Program-made: the position numbers and the translations under genes
Notes under the pieces: model-generated
Database searches by the model: none
What the model was told of the DNA's origin: nothing
Seen by the model: the letters and a program-made list of their open reading frames with translations, nothing else
NCBI GenBank assembly: GCA_024103275.1
Contig: JAGFIV010000036.1
Coordinates: 6,279-70,278 of the forward strand
DNA: 64,000 bases
Direction: 5' to 3'
Source: Flavobacteriales bacterium
Lineage (GTDB): Bacteria > Bacteroidota > Bacteroidia > Flavobacteriales_F > PHOS-HE28
Shown here: piece by piece, positions 36,568 through 46,000 of the stretch
How the letters are laid out: each line of letters begins with the position of its first letter
How positions within the stretch are numbered: the stretch's first letter is position 1

Positions 36568-37128
36568 ATGATCTTGCTGCGTACGGTGGTGGCCTTGGGC
36601 CTGTTGATTCCCCCGGCCATTGGCCTGCATGCACAGGGCACGCGGTTCAGCGTCATCCTTTCCGGCAAGGTCACCGAGTACTATTCGGGGGATCCGATGA
36701 AGGGTGCGCTGGTGCGGGTGTTGAAGGCCGGGCAACCGGACGGGCAATGGGTGACCAAGGGAGACGGCCGCTACAAGTTTGAGCTGGAACGCGGCTGGAA
36801 ATACGAGGTGTGGTTCAGCAAGAAGCACTTGGTTACCAAGCATGTCATCATCGATACACGGGAGGTGCCGGCCTATCCGGATGTCCCGTTCTATGAGATG
36901 GACCTGCAGATGACGCTGTTCCCGTGGATCAAGGATGTGGACCTGAGCGTCTTCGAGGAGGCGATCGGCCTGGCCACCTACAAGGCGAGCGTGCGGAACA
37001 TGAGCTGGGACGTGCCCTACACGCTCCAGATGCGGCCTGTCTTCTCCAAGGTGATGGACGAGTACGAGAAGACAGACCGCGGCTACTATGAGCGGCGGGA
37101 CCGGCGGGAACGGGAAGTTTACCGCTAA
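36568..37128 (+). CDS. Hypothetical secreted protein with carboxypeptidase-regulatory-like N-terminal domain
   Basis: Signal peptide. FSVILSGKVTEYYSGDPMKGALVRVLKAG...KGDGRYKFE resembles CarboxypepD_reg folds. Paralogous N-terminal domains are seen at 39241, 57113 and inside the 48120 gene. Confidence 0.55.
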   Translation: MILLRTVVALGLLIPPAIGLHAQGTRFSVILSGKVTEYYSGDPMKGALVRVLKAGQPDGQWVTKGDGRYKFELERGWKYEVWFSKKHLVTKHVIIDTREVPAYPDVPFYEMDLQMTLFPWIKDVDLSVFEEAIGLATYKASVRNMSWDVPYTLQMRPVFSKVMDEYEKTDRGYYERRDRREREVYR

Positions 37129-37997
37129 GGGAGCCGTCCCAGTGCCTGGAGCAGTTTCACCGCTTCCATGGCGGGACGCACATCATGCACGCGCAGGATG
37201 GCGGCACCGTTCAGCAATGCGATGGTGTTGAGCACGGTGGTCCCGTTGAGCGCCTCCTCGGGCACGGTGCCCAATACCTCGTTGATCATCCGCTTGCGCG
37301 AGAGGCCCGCCAGCACCGGCACGCCCAGCTGGCGGATGGCGCCCAGGCCCGCCAGCAGGGTGAAGTTGTGCGTCCGGTCCTTGCCGAAACCGAACCCGGG
37401 GTCCACCACCAGGTCCGCGATCCCCGCTTGGCGGGCGGCCAAGATGCGTTCGCCCAGGAAGTGCACCACTTCGGCCAGCACGTCGGCGTAGGAGGGATTC
37501 TGTTGCATGGTCCTCGGCGTGCCTTGCATGTGCATCAGGATGTATGGCACGTGCAGGGCGGCCACGGCGCCATGAAGGCCGGGGTCCATGCGCCCCGCGC
37601 TGATGTCGTTCACCACGGAGGCGCCGGCATGCACGGCTTCCCGTGCCACGCGGGCACGCCAGGTGTCCACGCTGATCAATACGCCGGGAAAGCGTTCGTG
37701 CAGCGCCGCGATGGTGGGGATGGTCCGTCGGCATTCCTCGTCCGCGGGGATGTCCGGCGCACCGGGCCTGGTGCTGGCACCACCCACATCCAGGATGGCG
37801 GCCCCGTCCTCCATCATTTGTTCGGCCGACCGCAGGGCCTGGTCCACCGAATGCATCCGCGTGGAGCCCACGAAGGAGTCGGGCGTGCGGTTCAGGATGC
37901 CCATCACCAGCGGCGGCCGCAAGCGGACCAAGCGGTCGCGGATGCGCCACACGATATCTTCGCCGCCGGTTCCCACGCCCCAAAGGTCGGGCAGCAT
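37125..37997 (-). CDS. folP: Dihydropteroate synthase
   Basis: VMGILNRTPDSF, LDVGGASTRPGA, SVDTWRARVA, VNDISAG, GFGFGK and RVHDV are hallmark FolP motifs. Start taken at the internal Met MLPDLW; longer ORF starts up to 38066 are possible. Confidence 0.9.
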   Translation of the reverse strand: MLPDLWGVGTGGEDIVWRIRDRLVRLRPPLVMGILNRTPDSFVGSTRMHSVDQALRSAEQMMEDGAAILDVGGASTRPGAPDIPADEECRRTIPTIAALHERFPGVLISVDTWRARVAREAVHAGASVVNDISAGRMDPGLHGAVAALHVPYILMHMQGTPRTMQQNPSYADVLAEVVHFLGERILAARQAGIADLVVDPGFGFGKDRTHNFTLLAGLGAIRQLGVPVLAGLSRKRMINEVLGTVPEEALNGTTVLNTIALLNGAAILRVHDVRPAMEAVKLLQALGRLP

Positions 37998-38004
37998 CGG
38001 GCAG

Positions 38005-38562
38005 ATGGAAAAGACATTGAAGCAATATGACCGCGTGGTCGAGGCATGCATGGACCTGTTCCGCAAAAAGGCCCATGACTATGGCACGGCGTGGCGCATC
38101 CTGCGGGTCCCGTCACTCACGGACCAGGTGTTGATCAAGGCCCAGCGTATCCGTACCCTGCAACAGACCGGCGTGAGCAAGGTGGATGAGGGCATCCGTC
38201 CCGAGCTGATGGGCATCGTCAACTACGCGGCCATGGCCTTGGTGCAGATCAGGCAGGGCGTGGCCGAACAGCCGGACATGGATGCCGATGACGCTTTGCG
38301 GCACGTGCAGGAACAGGTGGCCCAGGCGCGCGGTCTGATGGAACGCAAGAACCACGATTACGGGGAGGCCTGGCGCGGCATGCGCATCAGTTCCCTGGTG
38401 GACCTGATCCTGGTGAAGCTCCTCCGCATCAAGCAGATCGAGGACAACCACGGGCGTACCAAAGTCAGCGAAGGGGTGGATGCCAACTTCCTGGACATCC
38501 TGAACTATGCGGTGTTTGCGTTGATCCTGCTTGACGGGGAGGAGGGATCACCGTTGCCCTGA
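38005..38562 (+). CDS. DUF1599 domain-containing protein
   Basis: Start at MEKTLKQYDRV. The duplicated motif KAHDYGTAWRILRVPSLTDQVLIKAQRIRTL / KNHDYGEAWRGMRISSLVDLILVKLLRIKQI is characteristic of DUF1599. It is divergent from folP, with start codons ~7 bp apart. Confidence 0.75.
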   Translation: MEKTLKQYDRVVEACMDLFRKKAHDYGTAWRILRVPSLTDQVLIKAQRIRTLQQTGVSKVDEGIRPELMGIVNYAAMALVQIRQGVAEQPDMDADDALRHVQEQVAQARGLMERKNHDYGEAWRGMRISSLVDLILVKLLRIKQIEDNHGRTKVSEGVDANFLDILNYAVFALILLDGEEGSPLP

Positions 38563-39069
38563 GGCGGTGAAGGAATTCATCATCGCCTCGGCCATGTACA
38601 GGTACTCACCGTACATCTCCTTCGGGGCCGTGTATGTCAGCCTGTATGGCCGCCCTTCCCCGGAAACCATTTCTTCCATGATCCGCACCACCACGCCGTC
38701 GCGGTTCATGTCGCGCACTGTCCTCAAGTTCCTCTTGTCGGAGGTGTGGATATCCATGGAGGCCACCCCGGTAGCGGGGGGAGTCACGGGCAGGTCCTTG
38801 GCATCCAACACCACTACCTGTACCTCGGGTGCATCGGCCGGCTGGCCGGCAGGCACCCAGGAAAAGACCACGATCGTATCGCCCTGTACGGGTTCCTTCA
38901 GGTTCCATTTGCCCGGATAGTTCATGGCCAGGCCGTTGGATCTCCAGGTCTTCCAGGCGGGTACCGTATCGGTGACCACCCGCGTGACCACCCGCGCCGA
39001 TTGGGCCTTCCCGGCCATGGGAGCCAACAGGAGCAAGAGCAGGAGTGGTGGGAAGGACTTGGTGAACAT
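38548..39069 (-). CDS. Hypothetical secreted protein
   Basis: Signal peptide MFTKSFPPLLLLLLLAPMAGKAQS. 173 aa with no recognised motif. Confidence 0.55.
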   Translation of the reverse strand: MFTKSFPPLLLLLLLAPMAGKAQSARVVTRVVTDTVPAWKTWRSNGLAMNYPGKWNLKEPVQGDTIVVFSWVPAGQPADAPEVQVVVLDAKDLPVTPPATGVASMDIHTSDKRNLRTVRDMNRDGVVVRIMEEMVSGEGRPYRLTYTAPKEMYGEYLYMAEAMMNSFTASGQR

Positions 39070-39240
39070 GGTCGGATAAAGATGGTGCCAATGTCGGAAA
39101 TATCGGGGCTTGGTCGCAGCGTTTCCCCGGGGCCGTCAACAATCGGGTGTTCGCAAGTTGGCCGAATATAGGCCATCCGGGGTTTGATCCCATTTTCGCT
39201 GACGGTAGTTTTGCCCAAACACCGGGTTTCTCACGTGGGA

Positions 39241-39810
39241 ATGATGCGCCTCGCCCCTTGGATCATGGCATTGGCCCTCCTCGGGTTGGGCCGGGAAGCG
39301 TCGGCTTTCCGGTTGCGTTTGCATGGCCTGGTCACGGACTATGTCACCCAGGGGCCGATGGCCAAGGCGCGGATCCGGATCTACAAGGAGGGCGAACTGG
39401 TGAAGGTGCAGACGAGCAATGCCACGGGCAGGTATGTGTACACCTTCGAGAACCATAGCAACTATGTGGTGCGCGTGGATGCCCCGGGGTACCAGGGGAA
39501 GTGCATCACCATCGATACCCATGGCCTGGAGTGGGAAGGGGACGGCAAGATCAGCGACCTGGAAGTGGAAATGCGGCTGCTGGCCTGTCGCCCCGGTGTG
39601 GACTTATCATTCTTGGACCTGCCGCTGGGGCTTGCCCGGTTTGAGCCGGCCACGGGGCTGACGCGGTGGAGCCGGGATTATGAACGGAACATCAGCGCGG
39701 ACGGCCGGGACCTGTTGCAACGCTATGGCCGGGCCGTTGGCCAAGGGACGTTCCTTCCTTCGGCCAACCGGGGCCCGCTACCCATTCCGCATCCCTTGAT
39801 CCGCCTCTGA
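39241..39810 (+). CDS. Hypothetical secreted protein (carboxypeptidase-regulatory-like domain)
   Basis: Start at MMRLAPWIMALALLGLG. HGLVTDYVTQGPMAKARIRIYKEG...TGRYVYTFENHSNYVVRVDAPGY resembles the N-terminal domain of the protein at 36568. Confidence 0.5.
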   Translation: MMRLAPWIMALALLGLGREASAFRLRLHGLVTDYVTQGPMAKARIRIYKEGELVKVQTSNATGRYVYTFENHSNYVVRVDAPGYQGKCITIDTHGLEWEGDGKISDLEVEMRLLACRPGVDLSFLDLPLGLARFEPATGLTRWSRDYERNISADGRDLLQRYGRAVGQGTFLPSANRGPLPIPHPLIRL

Positions 39811-39926
39811 AAACCGGCCCGTGGCGGATGGGTCAACCGCGACCACAACGGCCCGACCGGGGAGGTTAACTTCGCGCGGCCCACCGGGCACCCACTTGAA
39901 CGCCTCACCTTCCGGAACACCATCCC

Positions 39927-41267
39927 ATGCGCATCTTCCTGTTGTTCTGCCGCATCCTGGTCGGCGCCACGTTCATCATCAGCGGGCTTATCAAGGCCAA
40001 CGACCCGCTGGGCTTCAGCTACAAGCTGGAGGAATACTTCGCGGAAAGCGCGCTGGGCCTGCCTTGGCTGATGCCCTATTCACTTGCGCTGGCCATGCTG
40101 GCTTGCATGGCGGAGGTGGTGCTGGGCTTCGCCGTGCTGGTGGGCGGGCGCATGAAGCTCGCCACGTGGAGCCTGCTTGCGTTGACGCTATTCTTCGGGT
40201 GGCTGACCGCCTATACCGCCACCTGCGACCCCCAAGGGAAATATGAAGTGGTCGTCGACGGGGTGACCGAATTGCGGGATGTTACCTGCGTGACGGACTG
40301 CGGGTGCTTCGGCGATGCCATGAAGGGTTCGTTGGGAAGGCCGCTCACGCCGTGGGAGAGCTTCTCCAAGGATATGATCCTGCTGGTGTTCGTCATCCCG
40401 CTGTTCATCTTCCGGAAGCGCATCACGTTCAATACCTGGGGCGACGACTTGTCCATCCTGCCGCTTGCCATGGTGCTGCTGGCTTTCTATTGCTGGGTTT
40501 TCGCCTGGTGGTTCCCCTTGGTATTCGCCCTTGCGGTGCTCGGGGGCTACCTGATGCTCAAACGCCTGGTCGAGGGGCCGCGGGGCGAATGGATCACCGC
40601 CGGCTGGGTGGCGGCGGCCACGGTGGCCTTCATGTGGTACTGCATCGCATTCCTGCCGCTGCGCGACTACCGTCCCTATGCCATCGGCAAGAGCATCCTC
40701 CAGCAGAGGACGGAGGTCAAACCGCCGATCAACAAAACCTATGTGAGCTACCGCAACCTGGCCACGGGCGAGGTGAAGGAATACCTGACCTCGGAGCCTT
40801 ACCCGTGGGACGATCCGAACTACGAGCTGGTGCCCAACAGCACCCGCGTTGAGGTGGTGGACCCCGGCGTACCCTCGCAGGTGCAAGACTTCATTCTCTC
40901 GGATGCCGACGGCGAGGATCTCACGGATGAGATACTGGAAGCGCCGGAACCGGTCCTGCTGGTTGTGGCGAAGACCATCAGGGAAACCCGGACCCGCTGC
41001 CAACCGGCGATCAACCGGCTGGCCGGGGAGGCGCAGCAGGCCGGGTGGAAAGTGTACGGCCTCACCAGCAGCAGCTACGATGAATCCGAGGAATTCCGCC
41101 ATGCGCAGCAGAACCCGTTCGACTACCTCACGTGTGACGAGGTGACGTTGAAGACCGTGATCCGCAGCAACCCGGGCGTGGTGCTGCTGCAGCAGGGCAC
41201 CGTGCGGGGCAAGTGGCCGTGCAGCGACATCCCCTCGTTCGCCAAGGCGGCCAAAGCCCTGCGATAG
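39927..41267 (+). CDS. DoxX-family membrane protein with C-terminal thioredoxin-like domain
   Basis: The N-terminal DoxX-like 4-TM region reads FCRILVGATFIISGLIKANDPLGF. A soluble C-terminal ~200 aa domain follows. This is a common Bacteroidetes arrangement. Confidence 0.75.
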   Translation: MRIFLLFCRILVGATFIISGLIKANDPLGFSYKLEEYFAESALGLPWLMPYSLALAMLACMAEVVLGFAVLVGGRMKLATWSLLALTLFFGWLTAYTATCDPQGKYEVVVDGVTELRDVTCVTDCGCFGDAMKGSLGRPLTPWESFSKDMILLVFVIPLFIFRKRITFNTWGDDLSILPLAMVLLAFYCWVFAWWFPLVFALAVLGGYLMLKRLVEGPRGEWITAGWVAAATVAFMWYCIAFLPLRDYRPYAIGKSILQQRTEVKPPINKTYVSYRNLATGEVKEYLTSEPYPWDDPNYELVPNSTRVEVVDPGVPSQVQDFILSDADGEDLTDEILEAPEPVLLVVAKTIRETRTRCQPAINRLAGEAQQAGWKVYGLTSSSYDESEEFRHAQQNPFDYLTCDEVTLKTVIRSNPGVVLLQQGTVRGKWPCSDIPSFAKAAKALR

Positions 41268-41367
41268 TTCGGGCGGGATCACGCCCCTGCCGTTGACAAC
41301 CTATGGGACCGGCACCGAATGTGCGGCTCCCGGACGGCGATATTTGCCCGCACCAAAACAGGGTACC

Positions 41368-42162
41368 ATGGGAAGAAGGATGATCGTGGCCGGCAACTGG
41401 AAAATGAACACCGATGCCACGCAGGCCGGAAGCCTGGCCGGGCGTGTCGCGGAGTGGGCCAAACGGAACCCCGGCCCGGTGTCGATCATCCTGTCGCCGC
41501 CGTTCCCGTTCCTGGACGGCGTGGTCCGGCAGGTATCAGCCATCTGCGGAGGAGGAACGAGGTCCGGGCAGGTGATCGTGGCTGCCCAGAACTGCCATGC
41601 CGGGGAGCAGGGGGCCTTCACGGGCGAGGTCAGTGTACCGATGCTGGGATCCGTGGGCGTGGCGGCCTGCATCGTGGGGCATAGCGAACGGCGGCAGTAC
41701 TATGGCGAAACGGATGAGGCGGTCGGGTTGAAGATGGCTTCATTGATCCGCCACGGGCTGGCACCCATATACTGCTGCGGGGAACGGTTGGAGGACCGGG
41801 AACAAGGACGCCACTTTGAAGTGGTGGCCGGCCAGCTTCGTGCCGCGCTCGGGCGGTTCAGCGCCGCGGAACTGAAGGATACGGTGGTGGCCTATGAGCC
41901 GGTGTGGGCCATTGGCACGGGGTTGACCGCCACGCCGCAGCAGGCCCAGGAAATGCATGCCTTCCTGCGGAAGGAACTGGGCGCCATGATCGGTGGTGCG
42001 GCGGACGGCATCCCCATTCTTTACGGGGGATCCTGCAAAGCCTCCAATGCCGAGGGGCTCTTCGCCCAGGAGGACATCGATGGCGGGCTCATCGGCGGGG
42101 CCTCGCTGGACGCGGACGAATTCATCCGGATCGTGCAGGCGGCCGGTGAGGCCAAGGCATGA
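41368..42162 (+). CDS. tpiA: Triosephosphate isomerase
   Basis: Start at MGRRMIVAGNWKMN. AAQNCHAGEQGAFTGEVS, IVGHSERR, AYEPVWAIGTG and GGASL are canonical TIM motifs. Confidence 0.95.
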   Translation: MGRRMIVAGNWKMNTDATQAGSLAGRVAEWAKRNPGPVSIILSPPFPFLDGVVRQVSAICGGGTRSGQVIVAAQNCHAGEQGAFTGEVSVPMLGSVGVAACIVGHSERRQYYGETDEAVGLKMASLIRHGLAPIYCCGERLEDREQGRHFEVVAGQLRAALGRFSAAELKDTVVAYEPVWAIGTGLTATPQQAQEMHAFLRKELGAMIGGAADGIPILYGGSCKASNAEGLFAQEDIDGGLIGGASLDADEFIRIVQAAGEAKA

Positions 42163-43010
42163 AACCCGTGCGATACACCGAAGTGGACCTGGTCATTGCG
42201 CCGCTGGAGCCGTGGCGCGACTTGCTGATGGCCGAAATGATCGAGCTCGGGTACGAGGGCTTTGAGGAGACCGCGCATGGACTGAAGGCCTACATCGCCA
42301 CCGCGCAATTCCGCGCGAAGGACCTGGACAGGACCTTGGTGATGCGCGATCCCCATGTGCATGTGGCCTTCACGGCGCGCGAGGTTCCGAACCTGAACTG
42401 GAATGCCAAGTGGGAGGAGGCCTTCCAGCCCATGGTGGTGGACGGGAAAGTGTACATCCGGGCCGAATTCCACCCGCCCATGGACGGCATCGCCCAAGAG
42501 GTCATCATCACCCCGAGGATGGCCTTCGGCACGGGCCATCATGCCACCACGCGGATGATGGTCCGGTCCATGCTTGGCATGAAGATCCCCGGGAAGCGGA
42601 TCTGTGACCTGGGTTGCGGCACGGGGGTGCTGGCCATCCTGGCGGAGAAAATGGGGGCATCGCAGGTGGTGGCCATCGATAACGACCCCAATGCGGTGGA
42701 GAATGCCCGCCGGAACGCGGAACTGAACCATTGTCAGCGGGTGGCTGTGGAAAAGGGGGACGCGCACCTGCAACAGCGGGCGTCATTTGACGCTATTTTG
42801 GCCAATATCGAAAGGAACACGCTGATAAGGGCGATGCCGGAAATGGCGGCGGCGCTGCGGCCCGGCGGCACGTTGGTGCTGAGCGGTTTCGTGCGCGGCG
42901 ACGGGCCGTTGATGGCCATGGCCGCCAGGCAGCAGGGCCTGGTGCCCATCGGGCAGGAGGAAGAAGGCGAGTGGCAGCTTCAACGGTGGGAAAAGAACAA
43001 GGACCAATGA
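42159..43010 (+). CDS. prmA: Ribosomal protein L11 methyltransferase
   Basis: FGTGHHATTRMM, DLGCGTGVLAI, AIDNDPNAV and SGF... motifs. ATGA overlap with the tpiA stop. Confidence 0.9.
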   Translation: MKPVRYTEVDLVIAPLEPWRDLLMAEMIELGYEGFEETAHGLKAYIATAQFRAKDLDRTLVMRDPHVHVAFTAREVPNLNWNAKWEEAFQPMVVDGKVYIRAEFHPPMDGIAQEVIITPRMAFGTGHHATTRMMVRSMLGMKIPGKRICDLGCGTGVLAILAEKMGASQVVAIDNDPNAVENARRNAELNHCQRVAVEKGDAHLQQRASFDAILANIERNTLIRAMPEMAAALRPGGTLVLSGFVRGDGPLMAMAARQQGLVPIGQEEEGEWQLQRWEKNKDQ

Positions 43011-46000
43011 ATCCCAGAAAGGCGCTCCTTGCCGGGATGGTGACCGTGGCCATTTGTGCCGCCGCCCCCTTCACGGGCCATGCACAGGCCCCGGTTTTCA
43101 CCAATGACCAGAAGGCTTTCCAGGATGAAATGTCCGCCTTCCTGATCTCCGCCAGGAAGAAGGAGGGCCAAGCCTTCGTTGAGGCCGTGTTTGCGCCGTT
43201 CTGGAACGGAAGCGCACTGGATGCGGGCAGCCGTTCGCGGATCGTGGCGCTGGCGAATGCGATGGGCAAGAAGCGGTTCGGCGCTTTCCCCGAGTTCAAG
43301 GACTTCCTGTCCGTCCTGGCCGCTTTTCCCGCAGGGGGGCATGGCCCCGCCGAGCTGGATGCCTGGCTGAAAACACTCGAGCAGGCCGCGCGCTCATCCA
43401 GAAAGCAGGACCTGGTGGACATCCTCGATTTCGGGAACGGGCTGATGACCGAACGCATCCTGTACCGGACGGCCAACAGCGACTGGCATGTCCGGTCCGG
43501 GAAGTTCACCTTCTCCTTCGACAGCGTCCCGGCCGTCTCCTTCGACAAGACCGACCTGGTATGGGCCATCAAGACCGATAGTTCCGTGGTCGAAGGCACC
43601 AGCGGCATCTTCCACCCGCTCACCAACATGTGGACGGGAAAGGGCGGGACGATCACGTGGCGCAGGGCCGGCCTGAGCACAACGGCCACCTTCGTCAAGT
43701 GGACGCGCAACTACAAGCTTCGCCTCAAGGCCACCGAATTGACCATCGACAGCGTGAACTTCGCCGATCCCTATTTCGACCGGATCCTCCTGGGGAAGGT
43801 GACCGACAAGCTGACAGCCAACGTGAAGGCATCCGCCGCGAGCTATCCCCGCTTCGAAAGCTATGACCTGCGCAAGCGCATCAACGAGATCGTCCCGGGG
43901 ATCGATTTCGAGGGCGGCTTCGCCATGCAGGGCGCGAAGCTGATGGGCTACGGTACCCGGACGGAACCGGCCACCCTCACCTTCAAGCGCAACGGGGCCC
44001 CGTTCATCATCACCAAGGGGCTCAGCTACACGATCGACCCGGAGAAGGTGAGCAGCGAGGATGTCGCCGCAACCCTGCTGTTGGACAAGGACTCGATCTT
44101 TCATCCCATGGTGACGCTCCGCTTCATGCGGGAAAAGAAGATGCTCACCCTGATCAAGACGGATGTGGGCCTGGCCAGGGGGCCCTTCTATGACACCTAC
44201 CACCAGCTCGACATGTATTTCGAGGAGCTGCGCTGGAAACAGGATGACCCCGTGGTCTACCTGGGCAATATGCAAGGCACCACCCAAACGCGGACATCCT
44301 TTGAGAGCTTCAATTATTTCGAAAAGCGGCGCTACACGGCCATGCAGGGCATCGACGAGGTCCATCCCCTGTCGAGGCTGCGCGAATTCACGAAGGCCAA
44401 CGGCGACCATTTTGATGTGATGAGCTACGCCCGGTACAGCAAGATGCAGGAAAGCCAGGTGAAGCCCGTGCTCATCGACCTTGCCAACAAGGGCTACCTG
44501 CTCTATGACCCCGACGATGAGATGGTCACCGTGCTGCCGCGGCTGCGCCAGCATATCCTTTCCAGTGCCGGACGGATGGACTACGATGCGTTGCAGTTCA
44601 ACAGCAACAGCCCCGATGGGGTCAACGGCACCATCAATCTCCTGAACAACGACCTGGAGTTGAAGGGCGTCTCCCGCATCACACTGAGCGATTCACAGGA
44701 CGTGAAGATCTATCCCGCGGAAAAGCTGGTGACGGTGAAGAAGGACCGCGATCTCACCTTCGGGGGGATGATCAAGGCCGGGAAGCTCACCTTCCATGGC
44801 AAGGAATACCATTTCCATTATGAGCCCTTCACCATTGATCTGATCAATGTGGACAGCGTCTCCTTCATGGCCGACAGCTTTGAACCGGACGAGCAGGGGC
44901 GCACCCGGCTGGTGAAGGTGAAGAACGTGCTGGAGAACGTGGCCGGGACGTTGGAGGTGGACGCGCCGAACAACAAGAGCGGCCTGTTGGAAGAGAAGTA
45001 CCCGCAATATCCCAAGTTCAACAGCACCCGGGAGAGCTTCGTGTACTACGACAAAAAGTCCATCCAGAACGGTGCCTACAAGCGGGACGGCTTCTACTAC
45101 CGGAGCGATCCGTTCCTGCTGGACAGCCTGGACAACTTCAGCAACGACGGCCTGAAGTTCGATGGCATCCTGGTCAGCGGCGGCATCTTCCCGGACATCC
45201 GCGAGACGCTGCGGCTGCAGCCGGATTACGCCTTGGGCTTCGTGCGCCCCACCGGCGACGGCGGACTGCCGCTGTACGGCAAGAAGGCAAAATTCTCCGA
45301 AACCCTCACCTTGGACAACAAAGGGCTGCACGGCAGCGGCGACCTGAGCTACCTGACCACCATCGCGCGGAGCAAGGACCTGTACTTCACGCCCGATACC
45401 ACGTACGGCGTGGCCGACACCTTGTACAACGGCGCCGCCGCCAGCGCCACGATGAACGTGCCCAACGTGCAGGCCGCGAACGTCTTCCTGCGGCTGGACC
45501 CCGGGAACGACGTGCTGATGGCCCGCAACCTCGCGGCACCCATGGTCATGTACGATGGGCAGGCCTATCTCTATGGCCGCACCGAGCTGAGGCCCGACGG
45601 CATGACCGGGGGCGGGCTGGTGGACTTCACAAACGCCACCTTGGGCGCCGACCTGTTCAAGTTCAAGACCATGTCCGTGCATTCGGACACGAGCAATTTC
45701 CGGCTGACCGAGGGCGACACCGCCAGCATCGCCTTCCGCACGGACAACGTGAACGCCACCATCAAGCTGGATGAGCGGATCGGTGAATTCGTGAGCAACG
45801 GCACCGAGACCAAGGTGGAGTTCCCCTACAACGAATACATCTGCTACATGGACCGCTTCAAGTGGTACATGGACCAGGGCGACATTGCCCTGGAGAGCGA
45901 CCGCACTGCCGCGGCGGGGAACGAAGACCTGCAGCTCAGCGGCAGCAACTTCATCAGCGTGAACGCCCAGCAGGATTCGCTGCAATTCATGGCGCCCCGT

